A stretch of 63,359 bases of DNA, counting the filler, from Licmophora abbreviata (taxonomy: Eukaryota), in the NCBI GenBank assembly GCA_900291995.1. It is 23 parts of 23 records of this genome, joined end to end, with 100 filler letters (N's around TTAATTAATTAA, not from the genome) between each part and the next. Parts side by side here need not be neighbours in the genome. Positions count along the whole stretch, not along the records: positions 41,916 to 45,073 come from OLMU01004981.1; positions 45,174 to 46,456 come from OLMU01004982.1; positions 46,557 to 48,031 come from OLMU01004983.1; positions 48,132 to 54,194 come from OLMU01004984.1; 19 more parts are not named here. One strand, 5' to 3'. The position numbers were made by a program, and so were the translations under genes. The number at the start of each line of letters is the position of its first letter. Position 1 is the stretch's first letter. A model generated the notes under the pieces. The model made no database searches. It worked only from the letters and a program-made list of their open reading frames with translations, and was not told the origin of the DNA. Positions 43,367-53,817 of the stretch are shown here, one piece after another.

Positions 43367-44245
43367 ATGAGCGACATCATCGCACCACCGTCGGTTCGGG
43401 CCCGTGCCCTCGAAAAGGGCATCGACTTGGAAAAACTTGCCAAGGACCTGGGCCGCACAAGCGTTGCCCTTGAGGACCTGGAGGGCGGCAAACCCGCCGC
43501 CGGAACTGCTAGCGACACCTCGTATTGGGATGTGGATCATAGCCAATATGGTCCCGTCACCGAAGAACCGATGAGCCGTTTTGCACAGGTCGCAGCGGCC
43601 AATCTGGGGGCGGCAAACGCGCTGATCCCGCAGGTCACGCACCACGATCGCGCCGATGTCACTGCCATTGAGGCGTTGCGCAAGGACCTCAAGCCCGAGG
43701 CGCAGGCGCGTGGCGTCAAGCTGACCGCTCTAGCGTTTCAGGCCAAGGCGCTTGCCCGTGCGCTGCGGGAGTTTCCGCGCTTCAACGCTTCGCTCTCGCC
43801 GGATGGCAAAACGCTGATCCTCAAGGACTACGTGCATATCGGCATCGCCGTCGACACCGCCCATGGCCTCATGGTCCCGGTGATCCGCGATGCCGATAAA
43901 AAAGGCCTCTGGCAGATCGCAGCCGAAATCGCGGACATTGCTGGGCGGGCGCAAAACCGCAAGGTCGGCCCAGATGAAATGGGCGGCGCGTCGATGACCA
44001 TTACCAATCTTGGCGGCATCGGCGGCATCGGCTTCACCCCCATCGTCAACCCGCCCGAGGTGGCCATTCTGGGCCTCACCCGCACCGAAACCGTCACCGT
44101 CTGGGAGGGCGACACACCGCGCCCCGTGCCCATGGTCCCGCTGGACCTCAGCTATGACCACCGCGTGATCAACGGCGCCGACGCGGCACGCTTTGTGGCC
44201 TATCTGGCTGGGCTGATCACCGATCCGCGCCGCATAATGGTCTGA
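43367..44245 (+). CDS. E2 acyltransferase (binding plus catalytic domains, no lipoyl domain)
   Basis: AAGGAGG RBS; IAPPSVRARALEKGIDL, TITNLGG, DHRVINGAD. Confidence 0.88.
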   Translation: MSDIIAPPSVRARALEKGIDLEKLAKDLGRTSVALEDLEGGKPAAGTASDTSYWDVDHSQYGPVTEEPMSRFAQVAAANLGAANALIPQVTHHDRADVTAIEALRKDLKPEAQARGVKLTALAFQAKALARALREFPRFNASLSPDGKTLILKDYVHIGIAVDTAHGLMVPVIRDADKKGLWQIAAEIADIAGRAQNRKVGPDEMGGASMTITNLGGIGGIGFTPIVNPPEVAILGLTRTETVTVWEGDTPRPVPMVPLDLSYDHRVINGADAARFVAYLAGLITDPRRIMV

Positions 44246-44255
44246 GGGGAAGATC

Positions 44256-45692
44256 ATGTCTGACAACCACGCCGACCTTATCGTTCTTGGCGCCGGACCC
44301 GGCGGTTACGCCTGCGCCTTTCGTGCCGCCGACCTGGGGCGCAAAGTCGTCATGGTCGATCCACGCGCCACGCTCGGCGGGGTCTGCCTCAACGTGGGTT
44401 GCATCCCTTCAAAGGCCCTCCTGCACGCCGCCGAAGTGATCCGCGAAGCCCGTCACATCAATGACTGGGGCATCTCAACCGGCAAGATCTCGGTCGATCT
44501 GAACAAGCTCCGCGCCAAGAAAGATGGCATTGTCGCGCAACTGACCACCGGCCTCACCGGTTTGGCCAAACGCCGCAAGGTGCAAACAATCCGTGGCACG
44601 GCGCAGTTCACGGGTAAAAAGAGCCTCGATATCGACGGCGAAAGCTGGACCTTCGATCAGGCTGTCATCGCTGTCGGGTCCGCCCCGGTGCGCCTGCCTG
44701 GCTGGCCCGAAGATGACCGTATCTGGGATTCCACCGATGCGCTTGCGCTGCGCGATATTCCAAAGCGATTGGCCATTGTCGGTGGCGGGATCATCGGGCT
44801 GGAAATGGCCACAATCTATGCCGCATTGGGCAGTACCGTGACCGTGATCGAGTTCATGGATCAGGCCGCCCCCGGTGCCGATGCCGAAGCGGTGGCGGTC
44901 CTGCATGCCGCGCTTGAGGCCGAAGGCGTCACCATCCACACCGGCACCAAGGTGACCGAGGTGAAAGCCACTAAATCCGCCCTGACACTCAACTGCGAAG
45001 GTGGATATGAGGGCCGCATCAAGGCGGATGCGGCGATCCGGGCCGTTGGCCGTCGCTCGAACGGCGGCCTTGTNNNNNNNNNNNNNNNNNNNNNNNNNNN
45101 NNNNNNNNNNNNNNNNNTTAATTAATTAANNNNNNNNNNNNNNNNNNNNNNNNNNNNNNNNNNNNNNNNNNNNATCCACGTCGATGCCTCCTGCCGCACG
45201 AATGTTGCAGGTATTTTCGCCATTGGCGATGTCACCGGAAACCCGATGCTCGCGCACCGCGCAACGCATCAAGGGCACATCGCCGCCGAAGTCGCCAGTG
45301 GTCATGCCGCCGCCCTAGATACCGATTTCATCCCTTCGGTCGCCTACACCAACCCCGAGTTGGCTTGGGCAGGCCTCACCGAAGCTCAGGCCAAGGATCA
45401 AGGCATCGCACATAAAACTGCCAACTTTCCCTGGGCAGCCAGCGGGCGCAACCTTGCGTCGGGCGGGGGTGACGGGCTGACCAAGCTGGTCTATTGCCCT
45501 AACACGCATCGCCTTTTGGGAGCCTCGATCGTTGGGCGCAATGCGGGGGAATTGCTAGCCGAATGCGTGCTGGCGATGGAAATGGGAGGCCGGCTTGAGG
45601 ACATCGCACTGACCGTCCATGCTCATCCGACATTATCCGAGACCATCGCCTTCTCAGCAGAACGCGCGCTTGGTACACTGACTGATCTCTGA
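44256..45692 (+). CDS. lpdA: Dihydrolipoamide dehydrogenase E3 (gap inside)
   Basis: GAGPGGY, GGVCLNVGCIPSK, HAHPTLSE. Confidence 0.92.
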
Positions 45693-45695
45693 CCA

Positions 45696-46454
45696 GTGCA
45701 GCTCCAGATCGACCTGAGCGGCAAAACGGTCCTTGTCACCGGCGCCAGCCGGGGCATCGGGCTGGCCATCGCACAGTCATTTGCTCAATGCAGTGCTGAT
45801 GTTATCGGCATCGGAACGAAGATCACATCGCAAGAAATTGTACCACTGTTTCAGGATCAGCCCGGCAGCTTCCAACCGCTGGATTGCGACCTCTCCGATC
45901 GCGGCAGGGTTGACGCAATGATCTCTGACCTCGACGACGAAGGGGTGCAGGTCGACATTCTGGTCAACAACGCTGGGATCATCCGCCGAACCGAGGCCGC
46001 CTACCACAGCGACAAGGATTGGGACGCCGTTATGGCGGTCAATCTGGATTCCGTCTTCCTGCTGAGCCGCGCATTCGGGGCGCGCATGCTGGACCGCGGT
46101 CATGGCAAGGTCATCAACATAGCCTCGGTGCTCTCGTTTCAGGGGGGAATTCTTGTGCCCGGCTACGCGGCGGCCAAAGGCGCCATTGTCCAACTGACCC
46201 GCGCCCTCGCCAATGAATGGGCTTCCGGCGGCGTGAACGTGAACGCGGTGGCTCCCGGCTACGTGGCCACTGACAACACCTCTGCCCTGCAACAGGATCA
46301 AGGCCGCTCAGCCGAGCTACTTGGAAGGGTTCCCGCAGGCCGCTGGGGACAGCCCGAGGATATCGCATGGCCCGTTGCTTTTCTCGCCAGTGATCTGGCC
46401 AAATTCATTGATGGCGCCGTGCTGCCGGTCGATGGTGGCTGGCTCTCACGATAA
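45696..46454 (+). CDS. SDR oxidoreductase, KduD-like (2-dehydro-3-deoxy-D-gluconate 5-dehydrogenase family)
   Basis: TGASRGIG, NNAGIIRR, SFQGGILVPGYAAAK, DGGWLSR. Confidence 0.8.
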   Translation: MQLQIDLSGKTVLVTGASRGIGLAIAQSFAQCSADVIGIGTKITSQEIVPLFQDQPGSFQPLDCDLSDRGRVDAMISDLDDEGVQVDILVNNAGIIRRTEAAYHSDKDWDAVMAVNLDSVFLLSRAFGARMLDRGHGKVINIASVLSFQGGILVPGYAAAKGAIVQLTRALANEWASGGVNVNAVAPGYVATDNTSALQQDQGRSAELLGRVPAGRWGQPEDIAWPVAFLASDLAKFIDGAVLPVDGGWLSR

Positions 46455-46957
46455 GGNNNNNNNNNNNNNNNNNNNNNNNNNNNNNNNNNNNNNNNNNNNN
46501 TTAATTAATTAANNNNNNNNNNNNNNNNNNNNNNNNNNNNNNNNNNNNNNNNNNNNCAGCTAAAACACTGCTTCTTTACGTAGCCTGGTCCTAAAAGCCG
46601 GGGATTTAGCATGCTCTTTTCATGAATTGTCGCGGTACAACAAATGCTCCGAAAAAACCGCGGCGCCGGTGACCAGTATCCGCTTGAAGAAAGCGGCTGA
46701 GTGACGAACATATCTTCGTTAAAGTTCTCTAAGGGCCGTGGGCGACGCAATTAGCATAACGGCGGATTACGGACCTTCGCTGCGCACTTCCTGAATGTCA
46801 GGTATCTTAGCATCTCTGATCAGCACGGTTTTACGCCGATGTCTGGCGATACCAAGAACCTCCAATTTCGGGTTTGAAACACGCCTAGGCAGGTGGCAAT
46901 GTGGCGCATATTCCTATGAAAGGTTGTTGACCTGCGCCACATACCATTTCTCGACTT

Positions 46958-47287
46958 ATGATCGTCGGTTTCCTTGTCCTCATGTCTCATCCAGTTTCAG
47001 CGAATTCATTGCTGCGGCAGATCGAAAATACGGGCCTTACACAAGAGGACATCAACATAATGGTGCGATCTGGCGGAGGCATCTATGCCGACCGCAATGC
47101 CCAGCCGGGTGACGATACCATCTGGTCCAACCCCGAGACTGGCGCGCATGGTTCAGTCGAAGTCTCAACGGTATCTGGCAATTGCGTGGGGTTGAGCTAC
47201 AAGTTCATGACACGCCGGAAGCCCCAGATCCAAACGATACAGACACGTCGATGCCTTGATAATGGTCAATGGCGTCTTGCCCCCTGA
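46958..47287 (+). CDS. 17-kDa surface antigen-like (RT0821/Lpp0805) exported protein
   Basis: WSNPETGAHGSV, two Cys, GQWRL ending. Confidence 0.6.
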   Translation: MIVGFLVLMSHPVSANSLLRQIENTGLTQEDINIMVRSGGGIYADRNAQPGDDTIWSNPETGAHGSVEVSTVSGNCVGLSYKFMTRRKPQIQTIQTRRCLDNGQWRLAP

Positions 47288-47377
47288 CCCCCCTCTTTCC
47301 TCCGTGTTCGGCGTACCCATCATACAGCAATCCAACCTATACTGACGCCAGTTCCGAAGAGCGACCAGCTACGAATT

Positions 47378-48238
47378 TCAAAAGCGGATGGTCGCTCCGA
47401 TCAGTGGGCCGGTCATGCTTCCGTCAAAGTCGGCCCCATTTCTGTTGTAGTCGACATATAGATGACGCCATCCTGCCGAGAGATAGAAATGATCACTGAC
47501 CTTGTAATTAACAGTCACCGCAGTCTGCCACGTAAAGTCGGACCCGATGCCAAATCCGCCTGCGTCGACATATGCCAGCAGGGACCAGTGCGGCGATAGT
47601 TTCGTATTCGCTCTCAGTGCGATGATGGGATCGGTGAAATTGGCCTCGCGCGCGACACTCACCCCTACGAGCGGGACGGACACCAAACCGTCAACACTCC
47701 AAAAACGCGTGCCACCAAGCAGGTCGAGCGTGGTCTCTGGCCCGGCCTGGAAACGCTTGCCTGCTGCCAAGGTCGCCGAGCGCATTGTCAACTTACCCGA
47801 AGCAGTGATGCCGGGTGGCACCCGACCACTTCGCGACGACGAGGAATACGTGAGATCACCGAACAGGACGAGGTCACCCCGACGCGCCAGAGCCGTCATG
47901 AAGAAAGCCATGTCCAGATCTTCGAGCACATCGGAAAAGGAATTGTCGAAGGACAGCCGTGGCGCAATCGGCAACGGCCTGAAGTCCCCCGAGACGCCCG
48001 CGCCCCAGCCATAGACGGTGACTTGCCCGGANNNNNNNNNNNNNNNNNNNNNNNNNNNNNNNNNNNNNNNNNNNNTTAATTAATTAANNNNNNNNNNNNN
48101 NNNNNNNNNNNNNNNNNNNNNNNNNNNNNNNCAGTCGCTTGGATCAGCCTTTGCCCCGTAGGGTGCCAAGAACGTCCCGACGCATATCAGCCCCGCTGCG
48201 ACGATTGAACGGGCTCTCGCAAGACGATCGAACGGCAT
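47378..48238 (-). CDS. Outer-membrane beta-barrel protein (gap inside)
   Basis: Signal peptide MPFDRLARARS..AKA, amphipathic strands, DAGGFGIGSDFTWQ, terminal Phe; TGATG-coupled to the amidohydrolase. Confidence 0.7.
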
Positions 48239-49698
48239 CACAGCGTCTCCTTGAAGATGCGCCCGCCCTTCATGACCAGGCGCAGGTTCGTTTCGGGATC
48301 GGCGAGGAAGTCCAGATCGGAGGCCGGGTCGCCATCCCAAACGAGAATATCCGCCAGCGCACCCTCGGCGATCACGCCGAGCTTGCCGGGATAGGGGGAC
48401 CGCTCGCCAGACATTTCCAGCAGTCGGCCGGCATCGCCTGTGGCCATGCGCAAAGCATCGAACGTCGACATGAAACGCGCTAATTTGCTAAGTTGGCGGC
48501 CCTGCGTGGCCGCGCCGGTCGGGTTGAACAGAACATCCGTGCCGAAGGCCATGTTCACGCCTTCGGCGCGGCCGGACTCAAAGGCCCGAATTGTGCCTTG
48601 GGCAACTTGCTGCTGCTTTGCGCGGCTTCTTGGGTCGGAATATTGGTTCGCGTCCTCGTCGGCAAGGAAGGGCTGAATGCTCCACCAGGCATCGGCCTCG
48701 GCCATGGCCTTGATGGTCGCCTCATCGGCCAGTTGTCCGTGCTCGATGGATCGTACACCGGCTTCTAGACAGCGCATGATGCCGGTGGGCGTGTAGACAT
48801 GCGCGCAGACATAAGTGCCCCAGTCGGCCGCGGCGTCTACTGCTGCGCGCATCTCGTCCAATGTGTATTGTGCGGTATCCAGCGGATCATAGGGCGAGGC
48901 CACACCGCCACCGGCCATGATCTTGATCTGGCTCGCACCGCGCATCAATTGTTCGCGGGTTCGGCGCAAAACTTCGGCCCGCCCGTCCGCAATGGCCGCG
49001 ACGCCTGCGCGCTCGGTATAATCCAGCGGTTCGCCCGATGCCTTTGGCAGAGCTGTCGTCATGCGGAAGTCACCATGGCCCGAAGTCTGCGACAACATGG
49101 CCCCTGACGGAAAGATGCGCGGTCCGGTCACGGCACCCTGATCCACCGCCATCTTCAGGCCGAAGACCGGCCCGCCCGTGTCGCGAACCGTGGTGAAACC
49201 ACGCATGAGCGTGGCCCCTGCCTCGCGGCCCGCCATGAGGTGGACCCAACCGATATCCTGCGTCAGTGCTGCGACCTGACTTATCCCGACCAAGGTGGCA
49301 TGCCAGTGGCAATCTATCAGCCCCGGGGTTACGGCGCGTCCGCCGCAGTCGATGATGTCGGCGTCCTCCGCTCCCGTCCCGGTGGCTGGCATCGCGACGA
49401 TGCGGCCCGCCTCGACAAGAATATCACGGCCTGTCTGCATTTCGGGCGTGGTGCCGTCAAAATAGCGCAGGTTCGTCAGCACCGTCGTCCGGCCCGGGGT
49501 CTGCGCCCGAAGATCGTTAGGCGCCAACCCAAAACCGGCGAACATGCCCACGACAGCCGACATGCCACCAAGCATCCTGCGCCGCGAAATGTCGGCCTCT
49601 ATTCGCTGCATGGCGGCCTGTGTCGCGGGCGCCCCGCATAGGCATGGGTTTATCGGCTCGATGCCGGCCTCAATGCTTTCGATACATGACAAACACAT
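48238..49698 (-). CDS. Metal-dependent amidohydrolase (Xaa-Pro dipeptidase-like subfamily) with Tat-like signal
   Basis: PGLIDCHWH, GFTTVRD, SQTSGHGD, KIMAGGG, SIEHG, FGTD; SRRRMLGG signal. Confidence 0.85.
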   Translation of the reverse strand: MCLSCIESIEAGIEPINPCLCGAPATQAAMQRIEADISRRRMLGGMSAVVGMFAGFGLAPNDLRAQTPGRTTVLTNLRYFDGTTPEMQTGRDILVEAGRIVAMPATGTGAEDADIIDCGGRAVTPGLIDCHWHATLVGISQVAALTQDIGWVHLMAGREAGATLMRGFTTVRDTGGPVFGLKMAVDQGAVTGPRIFPSGAMLSQTSGHGDFRMTTALPKASGEPLDYTERAGVAAIADGRAEVLRRTREQLMRGASQIKIMAGGGVASPYDPLDTAQYTLDEMRAAVDAAADWGTYVCAHVYTPTGIMRCLEAGVRSIEHGQLADEATIKAMAEADAWWSIQPFLADEDANQYSDPRSRAKQQQVAQGTIRAFESGRAEGVNMAFGTDVLFNPTGAATQGRQLSKLARFMSTFDALRMATGDAGRLLEMSGERSPYPGKLGVIAEGALADILVWDGDPASDLDFLADPETNLRLVMKGGRIFKETL

Positions 49699-49858
49699 AA
49701 AACAGGCCTCCAAAAATGTTTCCGGCCCAGCCGAAATTTCAATGTAGTCAGTTTTAGGTTGCTTGACGTCATAGGCAACCAGATTGCGTGTTTGATTTCA
49801 GGAAATGAACTTGGGGAATGTGCTTTGATCGCTCCAGTGTCGGTCCGGTTCAGCCTTA

Positions 49859-51532
49859 CTAGAGGCCGTTGGAACAACCTATCTGAAAGCCATTGTCGCA
49901 ATGCGCCATGAGTTTTTCGGTGTCCGACGGCGACCAGTTTTCGGGATCGGTCACTTCGACCCAAGGCGCGATGTAATCTTGCGCGTAATAGGCATGGCCA
50001 TGTCCTGACGGTGCGCCAAAGGACAACGCCATGTCCAGCGCGAGTTGAAACTGCGTTACAACAGGCACGAATATAAAATGATCGGTCATGTCGGCAGCCG
50101 GTGGATCCTGCATCCAAGGCGGCGCGCGCCACAGTGAATAGGGATCGTAGAATACGACCGGGTCGCTCGAATACTGCAGGAAGACGATGCGCATTGGCCC
50201 CCACGAAGCCTCGGCCTCCGAGGCATCTGCCGTATGCGATGCATAGCGCACCAACGATCCGTCCCCAATCCTTGGCAGAACCCACGGGCTACCCGGCGCC
50301 CGTTGTCTCTGGACATAGTTCCAGAAAGCCGAAGGGAAGGGTGGCCCGGCCCAGAACGCGCCGTCGATCGGATCGTCCAGCAAGCGAAACAGGTTGGTTG
50401 CATACATCGACGACCATGCCCCGAGGCTGAGCCCATGCACGTAAAGACGCGGCCGGGCCTCCGGTGGCAGCGTCTTCCAGTAGCCATGTAAAGCCTCCTG
50501 CAAGGCGGTCGCCTGCTCCAGCCCGGTCCGGGTCTCGAGGATGAGGGCAAGGGGTGACTGAAGATAGGAATACTGCGCGGCGACTGTCGCGATGTCGCCG
50601 CCATGCATGTATTCGACCGGGTCATGCGATCCCGGGTCCATCCAGCCCGTCCCCGTCGGGCTGGCCACGATCAGCACCGCGCGGTCAAATGCCCCTTGGC
50701 GCTTCAACTCATCCAGCGCAAGCTGTGCCCGCTCCTGCGGCGTCTCGCCGTTGGCCCGCCCCACATATACCCGGATCGGGTCCAGCGCGGGCCGGCCTGT
50801 CAAGGCCGAGATCGCTGCGGCGTCGGGTCCTGAAGTGATGAAATCCCGCCCCGGTGCTCCAATGGCGGCCCAGTCGATCAAAGAGTGGGCGCTGCCCGTC
50901 ATCCGAGGGTCCGAAGGCGCTGGTGGAGAATTGTCGAAAAGCGCCTGCGCGGCTTCATAGCTTTCATCAAGTCCGGAAACGACGCGGTCAAATAGTCCAT
51001 CGCGCGTCACGAGGAAAAGGAGCGCTACAATGGTGACAAAGCCGAGCACATTGGCGCGGCGCGGCGGCATCACGCGGTAAAACCGTGCCCGGACCAAGCG
51101 GAAAAGGGCCGCGACGAGGCGCCCGATACCGAAGGCAACGGCGAAAACGGCGAGGGCCAGTATAAGGATCTGCGATAGATGCAGGGCGTCCGCAGGCTCC
51201 AACCCCATCTTTTGTCTCAGATCGTTCTGCCACGTCAGGCTGGACCCGAGCATCCAAAGGAACAGGGTAAGAGTGGCGATGGCGAAGATCCATTTGAATA
51301 TCCGCGCCAGTCGGCCCGACAGGCGGGGCAAATCTGCGGCGCGCCACAAAAGGCCCAATATCCGCCCAACCAGATAACCGAGTGCGGTGACCAGCCCACC
51401 GAGTATGCCCTGCACAAGCGGGCCGCGCGGCACCAGCGAGGGTGTCAGCGACGCGGCGAAAAACCCCAGCCCCAGCAAGAGGCTCGGCACACATACAGTT
51501 CCGATGATGCGAAAGATTGCCGCCGGTTTCAC
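49859..51532 (-). CDS. Membrane-anchored alpha/beta hydrolase (Abhydrolase_9-like)
   Basis: SLTPSLVPR, PIRVYVG, PTGTGW, QYSYLQS, GLSLG nucleophile motif, GHGH. Confidence 0.82.
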   Translation of the reverse strand: MKPAAIFRIIGTVCVPSLLLGLGFFAASLTPSLVPRGPLVQGILGGLVTALGYLVGRILGLLWRAADLPRLSGRLARIFKWIFAIATLTLFLWMLGSSLTWQNDLRQKMGLEPADALHLSQILILALAVFAVAFGIGRLVAALFRLVRARFYRVMPPRRANVLGFVTIVALLFLVTRDGLFDRVVSGLDESYEAAQALFDNSPPAPSDPRMTGSAHSLIDWAAIGAPGRDFITSGPDAAAISALTGRPALDPIRVYVGRANGETPQERAQLALDELKRQGAFDRAVLIVASPTGTGWMDPGSHDPVEYMHGGDIATVAAQYSYLQSPLALILETRTGLEQATALQEALHGYWKTLPPEARPRLYVHGLSLGAWSSMYATNLFRLLDDPIDGAFWAGPPFPSAFWNYVQRQRAPGSPWVLPRIGDGSLVRYASHTADASEAEASWGPMRIVFLQYSSDPVVFYDPYSLWRAPPWMQDPPAADMTDHFIFVPVVTQFQLALDMALSFGAPSGHGHAYYAQDYIAPWVEVTDPENWSPSDTEKLMAHCDNGFQIGCSNGL

Positions 51533-51967
51533 AGGCCCTCCTTGACGGTTTCTCTGGTTTGGAATTGTGCCGCCCGTAATTCGCGACGATTTTACAGGCC
51601 CCGTCAATCCATTGTGGTGTCTTCCTGGTGAACCCGAGGCTTTCATCGAGCCGCATCGACCAACATTTCGAACGACTTGGGGAATGGGCTGAAGGGACCA
51701 AAAAAACTACGGCAGGAAATGTTAGAGTTCTTGCAACAAGCGGAGTTAAAAGACTGTTCGTCGACGGAAGTACCCCGATGGACAAGTTAATTACAACTTC
51801 TTGACCATAGTGAGCACGTTGCGAGATGCAATCGGTACGTTAGCTGTAGATGGGTGGGTACCTTTATCTGCGGCTGGCAGATGGATAGCCGAGCGATACT
51901 GGCTTGCGTTCATAAGCCATCTGGATGGTAGCTTTGCCCCGCGTTGCTGACCCTAACCTTCCAAAAA

Positions 51968-52051
51968 TGCTGCATGCTCGACGAATGGCTGGTCTGGTGA
52001 AGCTGCATCGCAGCGCCAAGTAGGGCGATGAATGGCAGGTTTGGGCCGTTC
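51968..52051 (+). repeat. Module-flanking imperfect direct repeat, left copy
   Basis: TGCTGCA..GGTCT..GCTGCATCGCAGCG..AATGGCAGGTTTGGGCCGTTC; last block matches 56460-56480 at 20/21. Confidence 0.75.
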
Positions 52052-52271
52052 ATGTCGAATAGGCAGACCAAGGTCAGTTCGATGGCGCAGCGACACCGAG
52101 GCTGGCGTCCACCCATTTTGGCCGAGGTCGCAAATTGCACCGATGACCAAATTCGAGATGATACGGTCCTTTCCGAATCTTGGACCGTATGGACCAGTGT
52201 GTCTCGTTGGAGTAGGGCGGTTACAAGATCGCCGATGGCGTACCTCAAAAGGGTTGGTGGCAATCAGCGTT

Positions 52272-53132
52272 TCAAAAGAAGCTATCTAGATCAAAATCGC
52301 GCTTTCGAAGAGCTGCACGCAAACGTTCGAGGCCCCGTTCGCGCAGCTGACGCACCCTTTCCCTCGAAATTCCATATCGCATGCCAAGCGCCTCAAGTGT
52401 CGCCGGAGGGTCGCTCACTTGTGTCGCAACAATGATGCTTCGCTCGCGCGCGGGCAAAGTCTGCAGAACGTCCATCAGGACGCGGCGCAATCCTTGTCGC
52501 TGCAGGCTTTTCAAGGCAACAGGCTCTTCGAGGCTCTCCGGATCGACCAGAAGCGCCATACGATCCGCACCATCCTCCTCCAGAACAGGCACATTCAACG
52601 AGCTATCTCTGACGTTGACCTGTTGGCGCAAGTCCGCCGCCTTCTGTAGATCTACTCCCAACGTGGCAGCAAGTTTCTTGTCCGCATCAGCCGGATCCAT
52701 GTCGGCATCCGCTTCCATCTCCGCGTTCAGAGCCGCGATTTGTCTGGCCGCGGCCCGCGAGCGTGCAGAATTCGGACGCCGGACGACAGATGTGTTCGCC
52801 CGCGCATATTCTTGAACCTCCGCCCGTACCCACCACACCGCATAGGTCGCGAACCGAATGCTGCGCTCCGGGTCGAAACGGTCGACGGCCTTTATCAGCC
52901 CTATCTGGGCCTGTTGTATCAGATCCAGATCAACCTCCCCCGACCCTCGACGGAAGCGCTTTGCGATAGAGGCCGCCAATGGTGCGAATGCGTTGATTAA
53001 TCGATCGCGTGCTTGCTGGTCGCCGTGCTGCTGCCAGGCGCAAATCAATGCCCGCTCTTCTTCAGCCGATAACATACCCGGCGTGCGGACGCGCCGGGAT
53101 CCTCGAATAAGGTTTGTGACAGGTTTGTTCAT
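52272..53132 (-). CDS. RNA polymerase sigma factor, RpoH (sigma-32)-like
   Basis: LSAEEERAL, DLIQQAQIGLIKAVDRFDPERSIRFATYAVWWVRA (region 2), TLEALG..YGISRERVRQL (region 4). Confidence 0.88.
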   Translation of the reverse strand: MNKPVTNLIRGSRRVRTPGMLSAEEERALICAWQQHGDQQARDRLINAFAPLAASIAKRFRRGSGEVDLDLIQQAQIGLIKAVDRFDPERSIRFATYAVWWVRAEVQEYARANTSVVRRPNSARSRAAARQIAALNAEMEADADMDPADADKKLAATLGVDLQKAADLRQQVNVRDSSLNVPVLEEDGADRMALLVDPESLEEPVALKSLQRQGLRRVLMDVLQTLPARERSIIVATQVSDPPATLEALGMRYGISRERVRQLRERGLERLRAALRKRDFDLDSFF

Positions 53133-53217
53133 GGCCAAGACCTATTTGATTTTGATTCGATACTACTGCTTGGATTTGAAGATTGTCAAAGTGGTTTCGA
53201 TTCACTACCAAATGCGC

Positions 53218-53817
53218 ATGACCGACGAACCCCAAACACCAGACCGAATCGCAGAACTGCTCATCCATGTCGGACGCGCGGCGCGGAGCGAAGATGCAGG
53301 CTCAGAGTTGACGGCTGCACAGTGGACCTGTCTACGCTTTTTGGCCCGTGCCAATGGCAGCACGCGCACTCCGTCGTCTTTCGCCAACTTCCAGGCGACC
53401 ACGCGCGGTACGGCATCGCAGATCGTCAAGTCGCTGGAGCGCAAGGGGCTTGTTGTGGGAACGCGATCCGACCGGGATCGCCGCAGCGTGTCGTTTGGCC
53501 TAACGGACAAAGGGCAGGCAATGCTCGCGACTGATCCTTTGCGAGACCTTATTGACGTGATCGACGGTCTTGCGGACACCCAACGCGACCTGTTCCTGAC
53601 AACACTGTCCCGTCTGGCCTCACAGTTGGCCATGAGAAGGAATGTCCCCGCGTTTGGGACTTGCCAAGATTGCAGCCATTTCGAGCGCTCCAGCGGCAAA
53701 GCCTATTGCGCCTGCATGGCGGAAGAGTTGGCAGCCGTTGACCTTCCAAAGCTTTGCGCGAGCTATACCCCAACACGCTGGCCACTTAGCCAAGGAGACG
53801 CAAATGACGCAGACTGA
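53218..53817 (+). CDS. MarR family regulator with Cys-rich C-terminal extension
   Basis: LTAAQW, DRDRRSVSFGLTDKG wing; CQDC..CAC..C tail. Confidence 0.85.
   Translation: MTDEPQTPDRIAELLIHVGRAARSEDAGSELTAAQWTCLRFLARANGSTRTPSSFANFQATTRGTASQIVKSLERKGLVVGTRSDRDRRSVSFGLTDKGQAMLATDPLRDLIDVIDGLADTQRDLFLTTLSRLASQLAMRRNVPAFGTCQDCSHFERSSGKAYCACMAEELAAVDLPKLCASYTPTRWPLSQGDANDAD

Noticed and set aside
51910..52263. Short ORFs over the repeat regions (also 34195-34452, 56386-56601)
   Set aside because: No motifs or RBS support; they overlap non-coding repeats or the IS remnant
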